Assembly: GCA_017601345.1 (NCBI GenBank)
Contig: JAFNIT010000001.1
Span: forward strand, 12,835-76,834
Source: Candidatus Brockarchaeota archaeon
Lineage (GTDB): Archaea > Thermoproteota > EX4484-205 > JAAOZP01
Reading direction: 5' to 3'
DNA length: 64,000 nucleotides
Below, piece after piece: positions 58,503 through 64,000 of this stretch. The notes under the pieces were generated by a model. The model was not told the origin of the DNA. It saw nothing but the letters and a program-made list of their open reading frames with translations, and searched no databases. Each line of letters begins with the position of its first letter. The first letter of the stretch is position 1. Position numbers and translations under genes: made by a program.

Positions 58503-59417
58503 ATGAAGAACCTGCTGTTCTTAACAATACTGTTTTTTCTCATCTTTCCTCAACCAATTACCATCAGGCTCAGGCCTGAGCCTGAATGGCTCAAGCCCGG
58601 GTTTTACGTAGAGTATTTCGTAGATTCTACAAGTATTGGACTCTGGATACTCCCTAACTCCAGCCTCTACAATTCGCTGCCGAATCTCACAGGTCTGGGA
58701 GAAATAACACGTGAGGGTCTCTATCCATGCAATGGTACTTATAGATTCGAACTTATTGATATGAATGCCACTTTCGCGCGTTTTAATGTTAGCCTAGATC
58801 TTAACGCATGGAGACCGCATAAGCGACTCATAATGCCCGGCGAGAAAATAATCTGGATCCCGTTTAAAATGCTGCAAACATCATTTACATGCGACGTTGA
58901 GCTGGAGACTTTAGCAACGTATAAAGACGGAAAATTCATCGGTATTTTCCCCCTATGGAGAAGCTTTACGTCTCAACGTAACCGGACTATTCTTCTCCTA
59001 AATTTATTCGGAAAGAGGGTTGATGCAAACTATATTTTTTTAGAGAAACTCGTCTCATTTGAAACTCCTCTTGGAACCTTCAGATACGTGTTTGTAGTCG
59101 ATGCTGAAATAGTACTGTCTCTCCCGTATGTAAATTCGCCTTGCATCTTCACAACTAACAGTGTATATGAAAGGGATAGTTCACTCCTGGTCTTTGGTGG
59201 AATGTATATGGACGATATACTGCTAGAGAACGGTATATTGTGTTTCGACTGGATAGAAATCAAAGAGACTACTGTAGAGTTTCCTCAGTTGAAGGAAGAG
59301 AGAAGCAGTTTTGTCCAAGGTGGGCATTTTTTCCTAGCTCTTCTATTCGCGGGGGTAGCTTTACCTTTTCTTTACAAACTACTGATAAGATTTAGAATAG
59401 TTAAGCGTTTAGTGTAG
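58503..59417 (+). CDS. Secreted, C-terminally anchored hypothetical protein
   Basis: Signal peptide, PEWLKPGFYVEY, C-terminal TM with basic tail. Confidence 0.65.
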   Translation: MKNLLFLTILFFLIFPQPITIRLRPEPEWLKPGFYVEYFVDSTSIGLWILPNSSLYNSLPNLTGLGEITREGLYPCNGTYRFELIDMNATFARFNVSLDLNAWRPHKRLIMPGEKIIWIPFKMLQTSFTCDVELETLATYKDGKFIGIFPLWRSFTSQRNRTILLLNLFGKRVDANYIFLEKLVSFETPLGTFRYVFVVDAEIVLSLPYVNSPCIFTTNSVYERDSSLLVFGGMYMDDILLENGILCFDWIEIKETTVEFPQLKEERSSFVQGGHFFLALLFAGVALPFLYKLLIRFRIVKRLV

Positions 59418-59472
59418 AAAACAGTTTTATCTAAACTTATATGAAAGAAGTTACGTTTGGAGTTTTAATTGT

Positions 59473-60198
59473 TTACTCTACTTCCCTAACGGCTACTTCA
59501 GCCCTGGTTTCGATTCTCTCAATCTTGCCATCACGTAGCCAAAATATTCTATCTGAGACGTCGATCATTTTGAGATCGTGAGTTGCATTAATTATTGTTA
59601 CTTTTTTCTCTGTGTTTAATGTTTTTAAAAGATTAATTATTTCTAATCCTGTGTGCAGGTCTAGGTTTCCCGTAGGTTCGTCTGCTAGGACTATTACTGG
59701 GTCGTTGACTAGTGCTCTTGCTATTGCTACCCTTTGCTGTTGTCCTCCCGATAGTTCTCCAGGCTTATGGTCCAGTCTCTCCCCAAGTCCCACTCTGGTA
59801 AGCATTTCTCTAGCCCTCCTAATCCTCTCGTCTCTCTCAACGCCCGTGAAAATCATCGGCAGTAGAACGTTTTCCATCGCCGTTAACACGGGTATTAGGT
59901 TGAAGGTCTGGAAGACGTATCCTATTTTCTTAGCCCTTAGCCATGCCAGCTCATAAGCGTCTAGGCTTGCTATATCCACTTCGTCGATGAAAACCTTTCC
60001 CCTAGTAGGTCTGTCTAAGCCTCCGACCATGTTGAAAAAAGTAGTCTTTCCGCTTCCCGAAGGACCCATTAGAGACAAGTACTCCGATCTCCTTATCTTC
60101 ACACTCACGCCGTCCAAAGCTTTAACGGTCACAGGACCCATTATGTAGTATTTAGCAAGATCTTCGGTTTCCACAGCATATTCGTATCTCATAACCAT
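59473..60198 (-). CDS. ABC ATP-binding protein, LolD/MacB type
   Basis: GPSGSGKTT, LSGGQQQRVAIARAL, LADEPTGNLD; start at ATG after GGAGGTG. Confidence 0.93.
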   Translation of the reverse strand: MVMRYEYAVETEDLAKYYIMGPVTVKALDGVSVKIRRSEYLSLMGPSGSGKTTFFNMVGGLDRPTRGKVFIDEVDIASLDAYELAWLRAKKIGYVFQTFNLIPVLTAMENVLLPMIFTGVERDERIRRAREMLTRVGLGERLDHKPGELSGGQQQRVAIARALVNDPVIVLADEPTGNLDLHTGLEIINLLKTLNTEKKVTIINATHDLKMIDVSDRIFWLRDGKIERIETRAEVAVREVE

Positions 60199-60210
60199 TT
60201 GAAACACCTC

Positions 60211-60861
60211 CTAAGCCTCGTATCTCAAAGCCTCTGTTGGGCTTAGTTTAGCAGCAATATAGGCGGGCACTATTGATGATATTAGTGCAATGAATACGCT
60301 TAGAGCTATGCCTATTAGTGGATTCGACAAAAAGATTAACGGCTCATTAACGTTGAACTCTAACCATAATCTTGCCGCAATAACCAATGCCTCAGTCTGT
60401 GCAGATCCCTGCTGCATCATTAGGGGTAGGAGGTATTGCCATAAGGCAGCTATACCCCAGCCGCTGACTGCCCCTATAGCGCCGCCTATCAACCCTAGGA
60501 AGAATGCTTCTATTAAGAATATCTCCAGCACGTGTCTGTTCCTCGCACCCAGGCATTTTATGGTGCCAATCTCCTTATATCTCTCTGTCACGCTCATCAG
60601 CATACTGTTTACTATTCCCACTGCGCAGATGAGTATTGCTATGATTGCCATCCATATCTGGTATGCTTGTACAGCAGTACCGGATTGCTGTCGCATAACG
60701 GCCATTATTCTCCCAGTGGTGAGAAGGAAGGATAGGAACGAGATACCAAGTATTATTGACGCCATGGTTACGAGGGCCCTGCCGAATCTTCGCTTAATAC
60801 TCTCTAGGCTGAACGAGAAGGCTTCGGAAACCGGGAATTTAACACTCTCTTCCCTGCTCAA
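60211..60861 (-). CDS. FtsX/MacB-type ABC permease lacking large extracellular domain
   Basis: GIVNSMLMSVTERYKEIGTIKCLGA, PAYIAAKLSPTEALRYE. Confidence 0.88.
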   Translation of the reverse strand: MSREESVKFPVSEAFSFSLESIKRRFGRALVTMASIILGISFLSFLLTTGRIMAVMRQQSGTAVQAYQIWMAIIAILICAVGIVNSMLMSVTERYKEIGTIKCLGARNRHVLEIFLIEAFFLGLIGGAIGAVSGWGIAALWQYLLPLMMQQGSAQTEALVIAARLWLEFNVNEPLIFLSNPLIGIALSVFIALISSIVPAYIAAKLSPTEALRYEA

Positions 60862-60933
60862 CTCCGCTCCACCTACAGGTGTTTTTCTCTACTAATTTAA
60901 AGCTTATTAACCTTTGTTCTAAGCTAATAGGGC

Positions 60934-61044
60934 ATGAGCTTAAGCGATTTCATAAGTAATTTAGAGAAGATAACGCTTATTCTGGCAATTGGCATCCTAA
61001 TAATAATTATCTACTTCATCGCCAAGAGGGCTGCTAAACGCTAG
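60934..61044 (+). CDS. 36-aa single-pass membrane peptide
   Basis: Missed by track: MSLSDFISNLEKITLILAIGILIIIIYFIAKRAAKR; TATA-like TTATTAA ~25 nt upstream. Confidence 0.55.
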   Translation: MSLSDFISNLEKITLILAIGILIIIIYFIAKRAAKR

Positions 61045-61111
61045 GCAATGAATGTGTGTAAATATCTTAAGCCACGTATTAAGCTAGGGTTTAGGATGGG
61101 AGAGGGGGCGG

Positions 61112-62614
61112 ATGTCTAGAGAGGAGCTTATCCAGAAGTATATTGAGGCTATTCTCGAGAGGAGGAGAGACATGTCTAGAGAAGAACTTATTCAGAGAAT
61201 AGAGGAGAAGAAGAAGCATGCGCGTGTTAGCGAAGCCTACAGGGAGGTTTGGGCTGTCTTCAGCGTGGCGAACGAATTGGGAATAAGACTAGAAGAGGTT
61301 TCGTTAGAGAAGGAGATTAAGATTGGCAGTATTGTTTCAGGCCTCACAAGCGTATCGACGCGTGGAAGAGTCATTGCAATCTTAGAGCCGAAGGAAGTAG
61401 AATCTGCTGACGGCAAGGTTATGATAACTAGAGTAATAATAGGAGACTCCTCAGGGTGGGGCTACCTGTATCTGTGGAGGGAAAAAGCGAATCTGCTTCG
61501 GGAGCTTGGTATTGATGTCGGGGACGTGGTTAGAGTGACAAGAGCATATAGTAAAGAGGGGAGGATGGGAACCATAGAGATACATTTAGGAAATGCTGGA
61601 AGCATATCGAAGATTGAAGATAGCCTGGACATACCTACTAGGGAAGCCTTCTTTAAAAAACTTGGAGAATTAAGTTATAACGATAACGTTGTTAATGTTA
61701 AGGCCGTAGTGACAGGGGTTTCAGAGATTAAGAAATTTTCAGACCCGATAAGAGGAGAAGGTACTGTCAGGAGGATAGTCTTAGCAGAGGGTGATTTGAG
61801 GATACCGCTAACCCTTTGGCACGAGCATTCTACTAAAATAACTGAAAAAGATGTTTTCAGCACTGTTCTAATAGCTGGAGCCAGAGTTAGGAGGGGTTTA
61901 AGTGGAAGCCTAGAGCTGGAGCTTAATTCAATGGGGTGCTTAGAGATACTGAGCAAGATAGGGGAAGCAGAGTATAGCGTTCTTTCTAAAGCAGATCCGG
62001 GTAAACTCGTTAATCTGAAGCTCCACGTGCTTAAGATGTTTAAAGAGAACGTTATTTCCCTATCCGGCAGAGCGAGGAGGATGGTAGACGCTATTGTTTC
62101 AGACGGAGAGTCCTACGCTGTATTAACATGCTGGGGCAGTATTATAGACAAGCTTAAACAAGTAGATGCTGAGGGAAAGAAAATAGCTTTTCTAAATATT
62201 CTTGTAAGAAGCAGGGGGAGACAGATTTTACTGAGTACAACATCATCCACAACGATAATTGACGTTGAAAAAGATATTTCAAATCTGAAGGTTCCTGAGA
62301 AAACTTATAGAATCAACGAGCTTGAACCTGGGATGAGGAAGATTCACGTTGAAGGAATTGTTTCAACAATCCCAGAAGAACAAGAAGTTATTTTAGCATC
62401 TGGTGAAAAGATAAGAGCATGCCGCCTAAACCTAATGGATGACACGGGGGTGGTGGAGGTAATAGCTTGGCGCGAAAACACTAGTAAAATACTTGGCTTA
62501 CAACCAGGGATGGGTGTAAGAATTAAATGGTGCAACGTTAGGGAAAGAGGTATAGGAAGATTATGCCTTGAGGTTACTGGTGACAGTGAAGTGGAGATGA
62601 TGAATATTGAGTAG
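61112..62614 (+). CDS. Replication protein A-like multi-OB-fold ssDNA-binding protein
   Basis: About four OB folds (IGDSSG..W, LTLW, VSDG..LTCW, LMDDTG..IAW). Confidence 0.85.
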   Translation: MSREELIQKYIEAILERRRDMSREELIQRIEEKKKHARVSEAYREVWAVFSVANELGIRLEEVSLEKEIKIGSIVSGLTSVSTRGRVIAILEPKEVESADGKVMITRVIIGDSSGWGYLYLWREKANLLRELGIDVGDVVRVTRAYSKEGRMGTIEIHLGNAGSISKIEDSLDIPTREAFFKKLGELSYNDNVVNVKAVVTGVSEIKKFSDPIRGEGTVRRIVLAEGDLRIPLTLWHEHSTKITEKDVFSTVLIAGARVRRGLSGSLELELNSMGCLEILSKIGEAEYSVLSKADPGKLVNLKLHVLKMFKENVISLSGRARRMVDAIVSDGESYAVLTCWGSIIDKLKQVDAEGKKIAFLNILVRSRGRQILLSTTSSTTIIDVEKDISNLKVPEKTYRINELEPGMRKIHVEGIVSTIPEEQEVILASGEKIRACRLNLMDDTGVVEVIAWRENTSKILGLQPGMGVRIKWCNVRERGIGRLCLEVTGDSEVEMMNIE

Positions 62615-62891
62615 TGAGGCTATAGTTATCGTGGGGAGGAAGAAGCCTTGGAACTATGTTACTGCATGCATCACTGTGTTTAATAGCGGGAACAAAACCC
62701 TCATTATAAGAGGGAGGGGGGAAAACATTTCCAGAGCAGTCGACGTTGCCAATCTTCTGCGGAGAAATATAGCGGGAATGCAGATAATTGAAGTAAGGAT
62801 TCTGGAGGAAAGCGAAGAAGGTACTTCAAGAATAATCCCTGTGATAGAAATAGTTGTGGAGAATCCTCACTTAAAGGAAGCTAAGCAGTAA
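62607..62891 (+). CDS. Alba DNA/RNA-binding protein
   Basis: VGRKKPWNYV, IRGRGENISRAVDVA, IEIV. Confidence 0.9.
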   Translation: MSSEAIVIVGRKKPWNYVTACITVFNSGNKTLIIRGRGENISRAVDVANLLRRNIAGMQIIEVRILEESEEGTSRIIPVIEIVVENPHLKEAKQ

Positions 62892-64000
62892 AGCATTCAT
62901 CAGTATTATAGCAAAAAATAGGATACGTATTACTCTATCACAATATTCCACGAAGTTTTCAAATATGTTAAAAATCTCTCCAGTAACCTTGACTCCATCA
63001 ACCCTCCCGATCCAAACTTTCACCGAACAAGGAGAAAGGTTCTTCATAGCAATATTAATAGACTCTAAGCAGGATTGGAGGATAAGCTCTCTCCCTGTTT
63101 TAAAACCTATCGGGAAATATCCCTTCCTAGACTTCCTAATACCGGTCAGGAGATGAGTGTCTGTAGTAATGATCTCAAGTGTCGATATATTGAGCAGGCT
63201 TTTAAGGTTGTTAACAAGGTAATTGCGTAAGCCGCTAACCATATTATTCCCGTCAATCAATATAAGAACGTGATTCTCATCCCCAGTATTGAAAACCAGC
63301 GTGGATATTCCCCCGGGTCCTATTTCGTCTTCAGGAAGAGTAGCAGGCCGGATCCTGTTAAAACCAATTTTCAAATCTTTTTGAGGCACTTTCTTTAGTA
63401 TTTCCAATGCGTTATGCAAGAGCCTAGAAAGTATTTCCCTATTGGGTTCAGATACTTTCCAATTTGAAGAATCTATCGAGTTATGCGCATCAGCAACTAT
63501 TAGTGTAGTTAGGCCGTGGCGGCTTACAATATCCGAAAATACTGGCAACCATTCCGGAGGAAGGTCTTCCACGGAATACCCCGGGCAGGATAATAGAACA
63601 ATACAGTAAGAACAGATACGGATCGCGGTAATACAATATCCTTCAGCCTCTTCTTGAATTATGCTTGCCCGACACTCCTCCAAGTATTCAGCAGAACTCA
63701 AAGCCTCCATCATCTTCTCCCTAATCTTCTCAACTTGTCTCCATGACGGAAGGTTAAAACGGTGGTCTGACAGATTACGGAGCAGAACTATTCTAAGACC
63801 ATTATTTTCAAACTCCCCAATCAAACGACTCGGCAATGAACTGCTGCCAATCATACCGAATGGCCCAAAGTGGGCGGATAAGCCGAAGATTGACAAGCTC
63901 TCTCCAGCCTGAGGAATTAAGAGCAGCAGGGACAACGCCAGGTCCTCTTTACTACTCATTTCCTCAATAATGGTTTCAAACGGTTCAGGATTCTTGTTTA
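62871..64000 (-). CDS. DUF2070-like protein, C-terminal part (begins beyond window)
   Basis: HFGPFG.IGSS, DAHNS, EIGPGGI, IDGNNM, TTDTH; frame stays open to window end. Confidence 0.75.
   Translation of the reverse strand, partial: NKNPEPFETIIEEMSSKEDLALSLLLLIPQAGESLSIFGLSAHFGPFGMIGSSSLPSRLIGEFENNGLRIVLLRNLSDHRFNLPSWRQVEKIREKMMEALSSAEYLEECRASIIQEEAEGYCITAIRICSYCIVLLSCPGYSVEDLPPEWLPVFSDIVSRHGLTTLIVADAHNSIDSSNWKVSEPNREILSRLLHNALEILKKVPQKDLKIGFNRIRPATLPEDEIGPGGISTLVFNTGDENHVLILIDGNNMVSGLRNYLVNNLKSLLNISTLEIITTDTHLLTGIRKSRKGYFPIGFKTGRELILQSCLESINIAMKNLSPCSVKVWIGRVDGVKVTGEIFNIFENFVEYCDRVIRILFFAIILMNALLLSFL

Noticed and set aside
60290-60895. 201-aa plus-strand ORF and many similar antisense ORFs in the track
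   Set aside because: Lie opposite well-supported genes and show no recognisable motifs
1-64000. CRISPR array, rRNA, integrase or transposase
   Set aside because: No regularly spaced repeats, rRNA-like sequence or recombinase motifs were seen

Overview
Gene-dense archaeal chromosome segment, most consistent with a TACK/Thermoproteota-type lineage (RadA, thermosome, aEF-2, Alba, SmAP3-type Lsm, ESCRT-III/Vps4, BHB-type tRNA introns); the taxon is inferred, not determined. It carries housekeeping genes, seven tRNAs (three with introns, two clearly and one probably at non-canonical positions), leuACD, ilvBHCD, argH and trpEGDCFBA genes, gatCA, an ESCRT-III/Vps4 cluster and a vapBC pair. There is also an AT-rich block joining a TFB paralog, a Tad-like type IV pilus locus and a membrane-anchored HerA/VirB4-like ATPase. 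The most striking unannotated signal is a pair of homologous leader ORFs (M-Y-x-x-N-x-A-x-R-G-R-D-x-[L/V]) upstream of the leu and ilv operons. Codon 14 is Leu in the leu leader and Val in the ilv leader, and each is followed by an anti-Shine-Dalgarno segment, suggesting an archaeal amino-acid-sensing attenuator. All calls are by eye from motifs; no database search was run.
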